Shown: one piece after another, positions 13,536-27,594 of the stretch
Layout: each line of letters opens with the position of its first letter
Numbering within the stretch: the first letter of the stretch is position 1
DNA from: Mobula hypostoma
Lineage: Eukaryota
Length of the DNA: 64,000 nt
Direction: 5' to 3'
NCBI RefSeq assembly: GCF_963921235.1
Contig: NC_086109.1
Span: 20,276,001 to 20,340,000, forward strand
Position numbers and translations under genes: made by a program
The notes under the pieces: model-generated
Databases searched by the model: none
What the model saw: the letters and a program-made list of their open reading frames with translations, nothing else
Told to the model about the DNA's origin: nothing

Positions 13536-14039
13536 ATCTCAACATCGCCTATTTTAAATAATTCTACCTGTCATTGTCCAGCCTTCTCTTCACCGCAGAA
13601 CTTAAAAGCTATTATTAAACACCATTTTATGTGTCTATTTATATCTTATGTCTGTGCCATTGAAAACTTGTGACTAATCCTGTGCTCTCCCTGGACACCT
13701 GAACACACAATACAGCCTACACTCCCAAGACAGATCTAAAGGACTGCCTCACTGGCGAAGGTTATATCATTTGACTCCATTATTAGACCAGTGCTCTCTC
13801 AATATATAAAAGATATTTTATGAAGAAGGCAAAATAATTTACCCTTGGCCATCATTTAGCAGTAGTAGTGCAAACATTTAAGTTCTCCTAAGGGATTGTC
13901 TATTGGTGGGTTTTCAGATGGTTGGAGATGCTGATCTGGACACAATTCTGACCGTTCCCCCCCCCCCCTTGTCACTTGCTGATCGCCACAGGACTTAAAT
14001 TGAAAATGGATTGTTCGTGGGCATTTGGTGTTTTTCCAG

Positions 14040-17000
14040 TGGCCCAATCTGATTGAGAGCGAGAGAGGAGGCAACTCACAAGTCTGTGAGTGAGATTTAA
14101 TAAGGAGCGGCCGTGGGCTTTTGACATTTTCCAGCAGCCCATTCAACTAGTGATTCATTAGCAAGGGAAAATAAAGGTAAAGTCGGGACAAGCACAGTGG
14201 CCATAGTGGGAGTGGACCAGTGTTAGAGTGCGGAAGGCTTTGGATCATCGAACAGGTTTGGACAAGGTACGTATCTGGTACGTTTCTTCTTCTTCATTCT
14301 TCATCTGTTAGCACATAGTTAGAGCAGTGAGGATGGCTCCAGGGGCTGTGTAGTGTTCTTTGTGTGAGATTTAGGAATGCTGGGCGACTTCCAGCCTCCT
14401 GGATAACCACATCTGCACCAGGTGCTCCGAGCTGCAGATCCTGAGAGAACGTGTTAAGGAACTGGAGCTGTAGCTTGATGATCTTCGGCTCATACGGGAA
14501 GCTGAGGAGGTGATAGATAGGAGCTGCAGAGAGATAGTCATCCCTAAGTTCCGGGAGGCAGGTAGCTGTGTGACTGACAGGAGAGAGAAAGGAAATGGGC
14601 AGCTGGTGCAGAGTACCCCTGTGACCATTCCCCTCAATAATAAGTTTACCACTTTGGATACTGTTGGGGGGACAATCTATCTGGGAAAGCCGCAGCACAC
14701 TGGCACTGTGGCTCAGAAGGGAAGGGAGGAGAAGAGGACTGCTGTAGGTGATCGGGGATCCACAGTCAGAGGAATATGGATGAGATTCTGTGGACATGAT
14801 AGAGACACCTAGGGTCAGGTCACTGGAGCAGGGATCCAATCGCAGACCCAGTACTGTGCACACAGTGATATTAATTGAGTAACAAATCCCAAGGTGCAAA
14901 CAAAGTTCAGGCAGAGATCAAAACATCCAGAGGAGTCCAAAAACCAGAATCAGGAAACAGGCAGAGGTGATCTTCAGACTGACAGAGTACAGAAACAAAT
15001 GCTGGAAAGGCTCAGGAAAATTCACTGGCACAATCTGGCAACAAACAGGGGAAAACCCAGGACTGAAATACACAGATTAATAAAACAGAGAGGCAGATGA
15101 TAGGTGGAGCACAATGAGACAGAAGTGGCAGCAAAACAGGTAACAATGAGAAACAGGTGAGAGACGGAGTACTCAGTAATACAGGGGCCGGAGTAGAGCA
15201 GGAGCAGGGACAGGAGCACATGGCAATACAAAACCACAGACTGACAGCTAGGGGGAAAACACACAGAAAGACAGAGTTCAACTGGAGGTACTGACACCAA
15301 GATGGTATGTTGCCTCTGAAGGGCCAGGGTCAGGGACATCTTGGATCGGGTCCGTAGCATTCTAAAGGGGGAGGGTGAGCAGCCAGAAGTCCAGGTAAAC
15401 ATCAGCACCAATGACATAGGCAGGAAAAAGGAGGAGATCCTGAAGAGAGAATTTAGGGATCCGGTTAAAAAGCAGAAAAGCTGAAAAGGTAGTCATCTCT
15501 GGATTGCTGTCTGTGTCACATGCCAGTGAGAGTAAGAATAGGATGATCTGGCAGATGAACGCATGACTGAGGAACTGGTGTGGGGGCAAGGTTTCAGAGT
15601 TTTGAATCATTGGGATCTCCTTCTGAGGAAGGTATGACCTGTTCAAAAGGGATGGGTTACGCCTGAACCCAAGGGGACCGATATCATTGTGGCCAGATTG
15701 TCTAGAGCTGTTCTGGAGGGTTTTAAATAACTTGGCAGTGGGATGGGAAACTGACTGATAGGGCTAAGGATGGGACAGCTAGTATACGAGCAGAGGCAGT
15801 GAGTAGTGAGACTGTCAGGAAGGACAGGCAGATGATTGGGCAAAATTGCAGTCAGTGGGATGAGTTGCAGTGCAACAGAGGGACAAAATCAAAAAGGGTG
15901 ACAGATACAGGAATGAAGGTGACATACTTGAAATCACAAAGTACATGGAGTAAGGTAGATGATCTTGTAGTGCAGTTAGAAATTGGCAGGTATGACATTG
16001 TGGGCGTAACTGAGTTGTGACTGAAAGAAGATTATAGTTGGGAGCTAAATATCTAAGGATACACATTATATTGAAAGGGCAGGCAGGTAGGCAGAGTGGG
16101 TGGCGTGTCTCTGTTGGTAAAAATTGAAATCAAATCCTTAGAAAGAGGTAACATAGGATTGGAAGATATAGAATCGTCGTCGACAGATCTAAGGAACTAC
16201 AAGAGCAAAAGGACTCTGATGGGAGATATATACAGGCCTCCAAACAGTAGCCAAGCTGTGGGCTACAAATTACAACTGGAGATAGAAAATGCATGTTAAG
16301 AGGACAATGTTACAATAGTCATGGGGGATTTCAATGTACAGGTAGATTAGGAAAATCAGGTTGGTGCTGATTTTGGATCCCAAGAGAGAGTATTTGTAGA
16401 ATATCTATGAGATGGCCTTTTAGAGCAGCTTTTGAGTCCACTAGGGAATCAGCTAATTTGAATTGGATGTTGTGTAATGTATCTGATTTGATTAAGGAGC
16501 TTAAGGTAAAGGACCCCTCAGGAGGCAGTGATCATGATATAATAGGATTCACCCTGCAGTTTGAGAGGGAGAAGCTAAAGTCAAATGCATCAGTATTAAG
16601 GTGGAGTAAAATGAATTACAGAGAGAGGAACTGGCCAGAGTTAATTGGAAGGGGACTATAGTAGGGATGACAGCAGAGCAGCAATGGCTAAAGTTTCTGG
16701 GAGCAATTCAGAATACACAGGATAAATACATCCCAAAGAAGAAGTATTCCAAAGGCAGGATGATGCAACCATGGCTGACAAAGGAAATCAAAGCCAACAT
16801 AAAAGCAAAAAAGAGGGCGTATAATAGTGCAAAAATTAGTGTGAATTTAGAGGATTGGGAAGTTTTTAAAAACCAACAGAGGGCAACTAAAAAAGCAATA
16901 AGGAAGGATAAGATGAAATATGAATGTAAGGTAGCCAATAATGTCAAAGATGATACAAAAGTTTTTTTGGATACATAAGGAGTAAAAGAAAGGTGAGAGT

Positions 17001-18772
17001 AGATATCAGACCACTGGAAGATGATGCTGGAGAGGTAGTAATAGGGGACAAGGAAATGGCAGATGAAATGAATAAGTATCTTGCATCAGTCTTCACTGTG
17101 AAAGACACTAGCAGTAAGTCGGAGGTTCGAAAGTGTCAGTGGACAGAAGTGAGTGCAGTTGGTATTACTAGGGAGAAGGTGCCTGGGAAGCTGAAAGGAC
17201 TGAAGATAGAAAAGTCACCTGGACCAGATGGACTACCCCACGGGATTCTGAAAGAGGTGGCTGAAGAGATTGCGGAGGCATGGTTAATGGTCCTTCAAGA
17301 ATCACTAGATTCTGGAATGGTTCGAGAGGACTGAAAAATGGCAAACATCACTCCACTCATCATTAGAGGGAGGCAGAAGAAAGGAAATGATAGGCCAGTT
17401 AGCCTGACCCCAGTGGTTGGGAAGATGTTGGAGTCGATGGTTAAGAATGGGGTTCTGGGCTACTCAGAGGCACATGATAAAATAGGCCAAAGTCAACATG
17501 CTTTCCTTAAGGGGGAATCCTGCCTGACAAATCTGTTGGAATTATTTGAGGAAGTAACAAGTTAGAGAGACAAAGGAGAATCAGTGGATGTTGTGTACTT
17601 GGATTTTCAGAAGGTCTTTGACAAGCTGCAGCACATAAGGCTGCTTAACAAGATAAGAACCCATGGTATTACAGGAAAGATGTATTAGCATGCATACAGC
17701 ATTGGCTGATCGGCAGGAAGATAAAGGGAGTCATTTTTGGTTGGCTGCTAGTGACTAGTGGTGTTCCACAGGGGTCAGTGTTGGGGCTGCTCCTTTTCAC
17801 ACTATATGTCAATGATATGGTTGGTGGAATTGATGGCTTTGTGACCAAGTTTGTGGATGATATGAAGTTACGTGGAAGGGCAGGTAGTGTTGAGGAAGCA
17901 GGGTGTCCTGCAGAATGACTTAGACAGATTGGGAGAATGCGCAGAGGAGTAGCAGATAGAATATATTGTAGGGAAGTGTAGGGTTGTACATTTTGGCAGA
18001 AGGAATAAAGGAGTGGGCTATTTTGTAAATGGGAAGAAAGTTCAAAAATCAGAGGTGAAGAGGGGCTTCAGAGTCCTCATGCAGGATTTCCTAAAGGTTA
18101 ATTTGCAAGTTGAGTTGGCAGTGAGGAAGTCAAGTGCAATGTTAGAATTCATTTTGAGAGGGCTAGAATATAAAAACAAGGATGTAATACTGAGGCTTTA
18201 TAAGTCACTAATGAGGTCTCACTTTGAGTATTGTGAGCAGTTTGGGACATTTACCTAAGAAAGGATGTGCTGACATCGAACAGGGTTCAAAGGAGGTTCT
18301 CAAAATTGATTTCAGGAATGAAAGGTTCATCATATGAGGTGTGTTTGATGGCTGCGTCCCTATACTCGCTGGAATTTAGAAGAATGAAGGGGGACTGAAT
18401 GTTGAAAGGCCCAGACAGAGAGGATGTGGAGAGGATGTTTCCTATGGTGGAAGAGTCTAAGACTAGAGGGCACAGCCTCAGAACAGAGAGAAGTCCATTT
18501 AGAACGGAGTTGAGGAGGAATTTCTTTAGCTAGAGGGTGGTGAATCTGTGGAATTTGTTACCACAGGTGGCTGTGGAAGCCAGGTCATTAAGGCGGAGGT
18601 TTAATAGATTTAAGGCGGAGGTTAATAGATTCTTGATAAGTCAGGGTGTGAACAGTTATGAGGAAGGAGCAGGAGAATGGGGTTGAGAGGGAAATGGATT
18701 GGCCATGATTGAATGGCGGAGCAAACTCAAGGGGCCAAATGGCCTAATTCTACTCCTGTGACATATGGTCTT
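14040..18772 (+). mobile_element. Near full-length decayed CR1 LINE (ORF1 zinc finger/esterase; ORF2 APE + RT)
   Basis: ORF1 from ~14333 has CxxC..CxxC, a coiled coil and GDxxxxRG/xTND esterase remnants. ORF2 from ~15912 has IVGVTE, IYRPP, GDFN, SDH, SPGPDG, RPVSLT and LDFQKVFDK, followed by a 3' hairpin. Many stops. Confidence 0.9.
14813..15296 (-). mobile_element. Solo LTR (Gypsy-like) inserted in CR1 ORF1
   Basis: 484 bp with termini gGTCAG...CTGACA and a 5-bp TSD with one mismatch, cctag (14808-14812) / ccaag (15297-15301). CR1 ORF1 is continuous once it is removed. Confidence 0.7.
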
Positions 18773-19102
18773 AATCCGGGATGTTAAGGTGGATTCCCTT
18801 AACAGAGATTGCCTGTGCGGGACTTTGTTTAACGTGGGGAGGATGATGCATGGGCAGCCACCACAAGGTCCTTGACAGATTGTGGTCACAGTCTAGTTTC
18901 CTTTGCTTTCACTGCCAGTGTGATGAGTCATTATCTTCCGCCAGCTCACACGTTGAGGTCTTGGTAGGATCGCTCTCTGTCTGGAGCTTCTGCCTTGACT
19001 TTACCACCATGGGTGACCCTAACAGGAGCTAAGGGAATCGCTCTCGGGTTCACTGGAACTCACCAAGCTCTCCACCACAACAAGGTGGCAGTCCTCGGAG
19101 AA
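18773..19102 (-). mobile_element. Short element derived from an RTE-clade 5' UTR
   Basis: Minus strand gccaccttgttgtggtggagagcttg...tagggtcacccatggtggtaaagtc...ccagacagagagcgatcc resembles RTE/Expander 5' UTRs as recalled. Confidence 0.45.
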
Positions 19103-19371
19103 GCCAGCATTTCATCCTCCAGTGAAAAACAAATGAAAATAAACCAGGCTGAATATTTATAGCATGTAGAACACAGAACATTACAGCTGAATACAGGCCC
19201 TTCGGCCCATGATGTTGCACCGACCTTTGACCCTACTCTAAGATCAATCTAACTCTTCTCTCCCCATAGCTCTTCCATTTTTCCTTACAACTCTAGCAGC
19301 TACCTAAATAAAGTTACCTGGCTGTTGCGGTTCATGGGGCAAGCTTGTGTACAAAGTGGCAATTGCATTCT

Positions 19372-19692
19372 CAATAGACAATAGACAATAGACAATAGGT
19401 GCAGGAGTAGGCCATTCAGCCCTTCTAGCCAGCACCACCATTCACTGTGATCATGGCTGATCATCCACAATCAGTACCCCGTTCCTGCCTTCTCCCCATA
19501 TCCCTTCACTCCGCTATCTTTAAGAGCTCTATCTAACTTTTTCTTAAAAGAATCCAGAGAATTGGCCTCCACTGCCTTCTGAGGCAGAGCATCCCACAGA
19601 ACCACAACCCTCTGTGTGAAAAAGCTTTTCCTCAACTCCGTTCTAAATTGTCTACCCCTTATTCTGAAACTGCAGCCTCTGGTTTTGGACTT
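19372..19692 (-). mobile_element. CR1 3' fragment with (CAATAGA)n tail
   Basis: Homologous to the 3' ends at 9379 and 35094; 7-bp tandem tail. Confidence 0.8.
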
Positions 19693-19879
19693 TATAACTT
19701 CAAAATCAGTTGCCCAGCCCTGACGTGTTGGTTTATCTCCATTTGTGGGATCTTACTATGCGTATTACTAAAAGTTATTCATTGTTAGCAAACACACTGG
19801 AAGTAATCCATTGCTTGCAGAGAAAATATTTAATGGGCAACTATGGGTTTTCTGAATTTAGGTGCAAGTTCTCAAGCAG

Positions 19880-20480
19880 AGAGCAGCTGGGACACGCGTT
19901 TTAAGTGAAGATTGGGGGAAAGTGTTTACCCAGAACCCATAGCCGGAGAAAGGAGAGTGGGTTTGTGCATGCGCATGGCAGGGTCTCACAGCTCTTTGTA
20001 TTATGGTTGGATCGCCCTGCTCCGCTGCCGGAGACGGTGATCGGGGAACTGACAGGGCGGCGGTGAAACTGCTGCCGGCCGCGGGGCACAGATTGCCGGA
20101 GCACCCACCCACAGCCTTCCCTAGATGGCCGTGAGTAACGAGTTGAAAAAGGTTCGCCTTCGGGGCTCCTAAGCGTGCGGCTACTTTGTATCATCCCTGG
20201 TTCTGCTGGAGGCTCCGTGGGGATGTCTCCCTTTCCAGCCCGCTGTTTGTACTTGGGCGGGAGGGAGGGGGGCGACACGATCGAGGGTGATAGGGGATCT
20301 GTCAAGCTTACGGCGTCTCCCCGGGCCTTGGTTGCCGCTCCTTTGCTCCTGCTGTTTCCACGAACCAACCTCCACTGCAGCCGAAGAGAGAACTGCTTAA
20401 GATTCACGATTCAGATTTGTTTAATGCCATTTCCAGTACGCGAGTGTAAAGCGGAATGAAATAATTGTTGCTCCGGCTCC
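19880..20480 (+). promoter_or_regulatory. CpG island / promoter and first exon of the ZNF gene
   Basis: Non-repetitive GC- and CpG-rich patch in a CpG-depleted background. NRF1-like TGCATGCGCA (19966-19975), GC box gggcgg, YY1-like AGATGGCCG over the ATG, and a strong donor gtgagt at 20131. Confidence 0.7.
20125..20130 (+). CDS. Coding part of ZNF exon 1 (Met-Ala), phase-0 donor
   Basis: ATG GCC|gtgagt joins in frame to ctctctttgcag|CAC AGC CTG at 30608, giving [20 protein letters not shown]. The join is inferred; intervening exons are not excluded. Confidence 0.55.
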
Positions 20481-21990
20481 GATGCAGTACAAACAAAACA
20501 ATTGGATAAGGACACACTAATAAAAACACATCAATATAAATACATAAGATAGTTTATATACATTGCATGTACATAGGGTGATGCTGGGCACAGGAATCTC
20601 TGTGCACAGGGCGACTCTGACAGGAAATGATAAGTAGTGGGGTGGGGCAGAGGAAGGTTTGTGGGTGGAAGTATTAATCAGCCCTACTGCTTGGGGAAGT
20701 AGCTGTTTTTGAGCCTGGTGGTCCTGGCCTGGCCCTCCCTGATGGGAGTGGGACAGACAGTTCAAGAGCAGGGTGGGTGGGATCCCTCACGAAGTTGCTG
20801 ACCTTTCTGTTATCGTCGTTGATGGTGTGTGTTAGCTGTTGGGCTGACAGAAGCTGTTGGATCTTTTTCATTACATCAAGAATTGATGGGTTGGTGTCCC
20901 ATTCGCCCACTGAATGCAAACTGACAGCCAGATAGCGCCGTACCATTCGAGCTGCTGTGCTTAAACCCCAGCTGACTGCTCATAAAGGTGGGAAAAAGTC
21001 TCCCACTGTCCCTTGGAACAAGGGAGCTCCTGGTACCTCTTCCTAGAGGTGCTGCCTGGCCTGCCACGTTCACCAGCAACTTTTATGTGTGTTGCTTGAA
21101 ATTCCAGCATATGCAGATTTCCTCGTGTTTGAGCTCCTGGTCTGACGGCTTAAGGATCAAAGTAGATTTATTATCAAAGAATGTCCATATCGCCAAATCT
21201 GACCCTGAGATTCATTTTCTTACAGACATTCACAGTAGAACAAAGAACTACAGTAGAATCATTGGAAAATGATACCCAAAGACTGACTAGCAACCAATGT
21301 GCAAAATAAGCCAAACTGTGCAAATACAAAAACAAATACTAAAAAAAATATAAATAATACTGAGTACATGATTAAGGTTTACACCCCTTTCGAAACGTTG
21401 ATGTTATCGGGCTGTTCCTGTTATGTTATCGGGCAGGTTCAACTTATGTGCAATTACCCATCCTTACCTGTCTCTGAAGGCACTTCAAAATTAATCAGTT
21501 GGCTTGTCCATATACGGGGAGGTAGTCGAGCCGAGATCTTCCGTGAAGTGCCAGTAGCAAAATCCTCTGTGAGATGATTTATCTCTCAAGGCCAACACCC
21601 AGTGGCTGCCTCTCATTGCCTCCAAAAGATACAGGCAAGCTGCCTTTTGAGCATGCAAGGCAGGAGAGTGATGTTTTCTCAATGGGGCAGCAAGCAGTTA
21701 CAAGCGTTACTTCCAAAATGTGGAACTGAATCAACATAGTGAAACTTTAGCTGGAATGTGGCAGCTTTACTTTTTTGTACAAAAAGAAGGATGTTGAGGA
21801 AATAGAACAGATGCACGGCATGTTTACTAAGGATTGAGGAAGTTTGAAGCTAGTGAGACATTTAGAGCTGTGGTTATTAGAAGTATATTAGGATCATTAA
21901 TATTACAAAAGTATTTAAGAGAGATCTTTTAGAATCACAATGGATAGAAGTATATATTTTCTGGTGATACCTGTTGCAATTAATGTCTTA

Positions 21991-22925
21991 GGTTCAAAGT
22001 TCAAAGTAAATTTATTATCAAAGTACATATTTGTCACCCTATACAAACCCGAGATTTGTTTCCTTGTGGGCATACTCAGTAAATCCAGGAACTATAGTAG
22101 AATCAGTGAAAGACCGCACCCAAGCAATCAATGTGCAAAAGACAACAAACTTTGCAAAGACAGAAGAAGTAATAATAATAAATAAACAAGCAATAAGTAT
22201 CGAGAACGTGAGATGAAGAGTCCTTGAAAGTGAGGCCATAGGTTGTGGGAACATTTTAGTGATGGGACAAGTGAAGTTGAGTGAAGTTATCCCCACTGGT
22301 TTAGGAGTCTGATGGATGAGGGGTAATAACTGTACCTGAACCTGGTGGTGTGGGTCCTGAGGCTCCTGTACTTTCTTCCTGTTGGCAGCAGTGAGAAGAG
22401 AACATGGCCGGGGTGGTGGAGGACCTTGATAATGGATGCTGCAGTCCTTGTAGATGGGCTCAGTGGTGGAGAGGGCTTTACTGTTGATAGACTGGGCTGT
22501 ATCCACTACTTTTTGATGGATTTTCCATTCAAAAGCATTGATGTTTCCATACCAGGCTGTGATGCAGACAGTCAGTATGCTGTCTACCACTCATCTGGAG
22601 AAGTTTGTAAATGTTTTAGATGTCATGTCGAATCTTTGCAAACTTCTAAGGAAGTAGAGGTACTGCTTTGCTTTCTTCGTAATTGCATTTACATGCCGGA
22701 CCCAGGACATATCCTCCGAAATGAAAACACAGAGGCATTTAAAGTTGCTGACCCTCTCCACTGGTTTGCTCCTCCTGAAGGCAATAACCTTCTTCTTGGT
22801 CTTGCTGACACTGAGTGAGAGGTTGTTGTTGTGGCACCATTCAGCCAGATTTTCAGTCTCCCTCCTGTATGCTGATTCATCACCACCTTTGATTCGGCTA
22901 ACGACAGTGGTGTCATCAGCAAACG
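21991..22925 (-). mobile_element. Rex1/Babar-like LINE 3' fragment
   Basis: FADDTTVV..DESAYRRE..LAEWCHNNNLSLSVSKTK and SILTVCITAWYGN, with a (TTTGAAC)n tail. Confidence 0.85.
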
Positions 22926-23114
22926 GCTTCTTTTTATTATTCCTCTGGCTTCCACAGTCAGTTTCCCTCTTCATATGCTGTCAAATATGATGTTTATTTT
23001 AGTTAAGTTCTACCTTAAGTAACCTAGAGATTTTGGGATAGGGCGCTTGATTAGGGCCAATGTGGAAGGAAGTGATCATACCGCATGTCTGAGTATTAGA
23101 TGCTTAGAATAGAG

Positions 23115-24572
23115 AAGATATGTCTTCAACCTGAGCCTGAGGCTCCGGAGGGTTCCTGTACTGTGGAAGACGTCCTGCCTCGTCCCTGTGCCGAAGACGC
23201 CGCACCCCAGCGGCCTCAATGACTACAGACCGGTGGCACTGACCTCCCACATCATGAAGACCCTGGAGAGACTTGTTCTGGAGCTGCTCCGGCCCATGGT
23301 CAGGCCACACTTAGATCCCCTCCAGTTCGCCTACCAGCCCCGACTAGGAGTTGACGATGCCATCGTCTACCTGCTGAACCGTGTCTACGCCCACCTGCTG
23401 AACCGTGTCTATGCCCACCTGGACAAGCCAGCAAGCACTGTGAGGGTCATGTTTTTTGACTTCTCCAGTGCGTTCAACACCATCCACCCTGCTCTGCTGG
23501 GGGAGAAGCTGACAGCGATGCAGGTGGATGCTTTCCTGGTGTCATGGATTCTTGATAACCTGACTGGCAGACCACAGTACGTGTGCTTGCAACACTGTGT
23601 GTCCGACAGAGTGATCAGCAGCACTGGGGCTCCACAGGAGACTGTCTTGTCTCCCTTTCTCTTCACCACTTACACCTCGGACTTCAACTACTGCACAGTC
23701 TTGTCATCTTCAGAAGTTTTCTGATGACTCTGCCATAGTTGGATGCATCAACAAGGGAAATGAGGCTGAGTACAGGGCTACGGTAGGAAACTTTGTCACA
23801 TGGTGTGAGCAGAATTATCTGCAGCTTAATGTGAAGAAGACTAAGGAGCTGGTGGTAGACCTGAGGAGAGCTAAGGCACCGGTGACCCCTGTTTCCATCC
23901 AGGGGGTCAGTGTGGACATGGTGGAGGATTACAAATAGCTGGGGATATGAATTGACAATAAACTGGACTGGTCAAAGAACACTGAGGCTGTCTACGAGAA
24001 GAGTCAGAGCCGTCTCTATTTCCTGAGGAGACTGAGGTCCTTTAACATCTGTCGGAAGATGCTGAGGATGTTCTACAAGTCTGTGGTGGCCAGTGCGATC
24101 ATATTTGCTGTTGTGTGCTGGGGGGCAACAGGCTGAGGGTAGCAGACACCAACAGAATCAACGAACTCATTCATAAGGCCAGTGATGTTGTGGGGATGGA
24201 ACTGGACTCTCTCACGGTGGTGTCTGAAAAGAGGATGCTGTCCAAGTTTCATGCCATCTTGGACAATGTCTCCCAACCACTACATAATGTACTGGTTGGG
24301 CACAGGAATATATTCAGCCAGAGACTCATTCCACCGAGATGCAACACAGAGCGTCATAGGAAGTCATTCCTGCCTGTGGCCATCAAACTTTACAACTCCC
24401 CCCTTGGAGGGTCAGACACCCTGAGCCAATAGGCTGTTCCTGGACTTATTTCCTGGCATAATTTACATATTACTATTTAATTATTTATGGTTTTATTACT
24501 ATTTAATTATTTATGATGCAACTGTAACGAAAACCAATTTCCCCCGGGATCAGTAAAGTATGACTATAACTA
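23115..24572 (+). mobile_element. Rex1-like LINE, 5'-truncated RT
   Basis: LNDYRPVALTSHIMKTLER, DPLQFAY, FFDFSSAFNTI and GAPQ motifs. Contains a 24-bp internal tandem duplication (LLNRVYAH x2) and frameshifts. Confidence 0.9.
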
Positions 24573-25337
24573 GATAGAGCATTATAGCGCATTAGTGGCC
24601 CTCCAGCCCACAATGCTGTGCTGACTTTATAACCTACTCTAAGATCAAACTAACCTTTCCCTCTCACATACCCTCCACTTTTCTATCATCCATGTGCCCA
24701 TCTAAGAGTTTCTTAAATGTCCCTAATGTATCTTCTATCACTCACACCCAGCTTGTACTCCTACCCCTCCCCCATCCCCACTTTCTTATTCTGGCTTCTG
24801 TTCCCTTCCTTTCCAGTCCTGATGAAACTTCTAACCTGAACTTCTAACTGTTTATTCCTCAACATAGATATTGCCTGACTTGCTAAGTTCCTCTATTTTG
24901 CGTATGTCGCCCACAATTTCCGGCATCTGCAGAATCCCTTGTCTTTGTGATTTCCGGCAGTTATCTGAATACGTACAGTGGCATGTACTTATGGGTTTGG
25001 GCACCCCTGGTCAAAATTTCTGTTACTGTGAATAGCTAAGCAAGTAAAAGATGAACTGATTTCCAAAAGGCTTAAAGTTAATGATGACACATTTCTTCAA
25101 TATTTTAATCAAGAAAACTTTTTTATTTCCATGTTTTACAGTTTCAAAATAGCAAAAAAAGAAGAGGGCCCAAAGCAAATGTTTGGGCACCCTGCATGTC
25201 AGTACTTAGTAACACCCCCTTTGGCAAGTATCACAGCTTGTAAATGCTCTTTGTAACCAGCTAAGAATCTTTCAAGCAACATACATCAAAGTTGCTGGTG
25301 AACGCAGCAGGCCAAGCAGCATCTATAGGAAGAGGCG

Positions 25338-25375
25338 CAGTCGATGTTTCAGGCCGAGACCCTTCGTCAGAACTA
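25338..25375 (-). ncRNA. Minimal hammerhead ribozyme motif (left arm of the Penelope element)
   Basis: TAGTT-CTGACGA-A-GGG tctcgg CCT-GAAAC-ATC-GACTG. The CUGANGA and GAAA cores and stems I and II are present. Activity unknown. Confidence 0.65.
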
Positions 25376-27594
25376 ACTGAAGGAAGAGTGAGTAAGAGAT
25401 TTGAAAGCTGGAGGGGGAGGGGGAGATCCAAAATGATAGGAGAAGACAGGAGGGGGAGGGATAGAGCCGAGAGCTGGACAGGTGATAGGCAAAAGGGGAT
25501 ACGAGAGGATCATGGGACAGGAGGTCTGGGAAGAAAGACGGGGGGGGGGTGACCCAGAGGATGGGCAAGAGGTATATTCAGAGGGACAGAGGGAGAAAAA
25601 GGAGAGTGAGAGAAAGAATGTGTGCATAAAAATGAGTAACAGATGGGGTACGAGGGGGAGGTGGGGCCTTAGCGGAAGTTAGAGAAGTCGATGTTCATGC
25701 CATCAGGCTGGAGGCTACCCAGACGGAATATAAGGTGTTGTTCCTCCAACCTGAGTGTGGCTTCATCTTTACAGTAGAGGAGGCCGTGGACAGACATGTC
25801 AGAATGGGAATGGGATGTGGAATTAAAATGTGTGGCCACTGGGAGATCCTGCTTTCTCTGGCGGACAGAGCGTAGATGTTCAGCAAAGCGGTCTCCCAGT
25901 CTGCGTCGGGTCTCACCAATATATAAAAGGCCACATCGGGAGCACCGGACGCAGTATATCACCCCAGTCGACTCACAGGTGAAGTGATGCCTCACCTGGA
26001 AGGACTGTTTGGGGCCCTGAATGGTGGTAAGGGAGGAAGTGTAAGGGCATGTGTAGCACTTGTTCCGCTTACACGGATAAGTGCCAGGAGGGAGATCAGT
26101 GGGGAGGGATGGGGGGGACGAATGGACAAGGGAGTTGTGTAGGGAGCGATCCCTGCGGAATGCAGAGGGGGGGGGAGGGAAAGATGTGCTTAGTGGTGGG
26201 ATCCCGTTGGAGGTGACGGAAGTTACGGAGGATAATATGTTGGACCCAGAGCCTGGTGGGCTGGTAGGTGAGGACCAGGGGAACCCTATTCCTAGTGGGG
26301 TGGTGGGAGGATGGAGTGAGAGCAGATGTACGTGAAATGGGGGAGATGCGTTTAAGAGCAGAGTTGATAGTGGAGGAAGGGAAGCCCCTTTCTTTAAAAA
26401 ATGAAGACATCTCCCTCGTCCTAGAATGAAAAGCCTCATCCTGAGAGCAGATGCGGCGGAGACGGAGGAATTGCGAGAAGGAGATGGCGTTTTTGCAAGA
26501 GACAGGATGAGAAGAGGAATAGTCCAGATAGCTGTGAGAGTCAGTAGGCTTATGATAGACATCAGTGGATAAGCTGTCTCCAGAGACAGAGACAGAAAGA
26601 TCTAGAAAGGGGAGGGAGGTGTCGGAAATGGACCACGTACATCTGCTCTCACTCCATCCTCCCACCACCCCACTAGGAATAGGGTTCCCCTGGTCCTCAC
26701 CTACCACCCCACCAGCCTCCGGGTCCAACATATTATCCTCCGTAACTTCCGTCACCTCCACGGGATCCCACCCCTAAGCACATCTTTCCCTCCCCCCCTC
26801 TCTCTGCATTCCGCAGGGATCGCTCCCTACACAACTCCCTTGTCCATTCGTCCCCCCCATCCCTCCCCACTGATCTCCCTCCTGGCACTTATCCGTGTAA
26901 GCGGAACAAGTGCTACACATGCCCTTACACTTCCTCCCTTACCACCATTCAGGGCCCCAAACAGTCCTTCCAGGTGAGGCATCACTTCACCTGTGAGTCG
27001 ACTGGGGTGATATACTGCGTCCGGTGCTCCCGATGTGGCCTTTTATATATTGGTGAGACCCGACGCAGACTGGGAGACCGCTTTGCTGAACATCTACGCT
27101 CTGTCCGCCAGAGAAAGCAGGATCTCCCAGTGGCCACACATTTTAATTCCACATCCCATTCCCATTCTGACATGTCTGTCCACGGCCTCCTCTACTGTAA
27201 AGATGAAGCCACACTCAGGTTGGAGGAACAACACCTTATATTCCGTCTGGGTAGCCTCCAGCCTGATGGCATGAACATCGACTTCTCTAACGTCCGCTAA
27301 GGCCCCACCTCCCCCTCGTACCCCATCTGTTACTCATTTTTATGCACACATTCTTTCTCTCACTCTCCTTTTTCTCCCTCTGTCCCTCTGAATATACCTC
27401 TTGCCCATCCTCTGGGTCACCCCCCCCCCTGTCTTTCTTCCCGGACCTCCTGTCCCATGATCCTCTCGTATCCCCTTTCGCCTATCACCTGTCCAGCTCT
27501 CGGCTCTATCCCTCCCCCTCCTGTCTTCTCCTATCATTTTGCATCTCTCCCTCCCCCTCCAGCTTTCAAATCCCTTACTCACTCTTCCTTCAGT

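Noticed and set aside
18773..19102. HDV-like ribozyme in the RTE 5' UTR-derived segment
   Set aside because: RTE 5' UTRs can carry one, but I could not build the double-pseudoknot pairing by eye.
19901..20459. ORFs of 168 aa (-) and 94 aa (+) in the GC-rich patch
   Set aside because: Typical chance ORFs of a CpG island; no domain signature.
25669..27300. Selenocysteine recoding as in Naiad-type Penelope elements
   Set aside because: No in-frame TGA at the conserved Cys positions in either arm.
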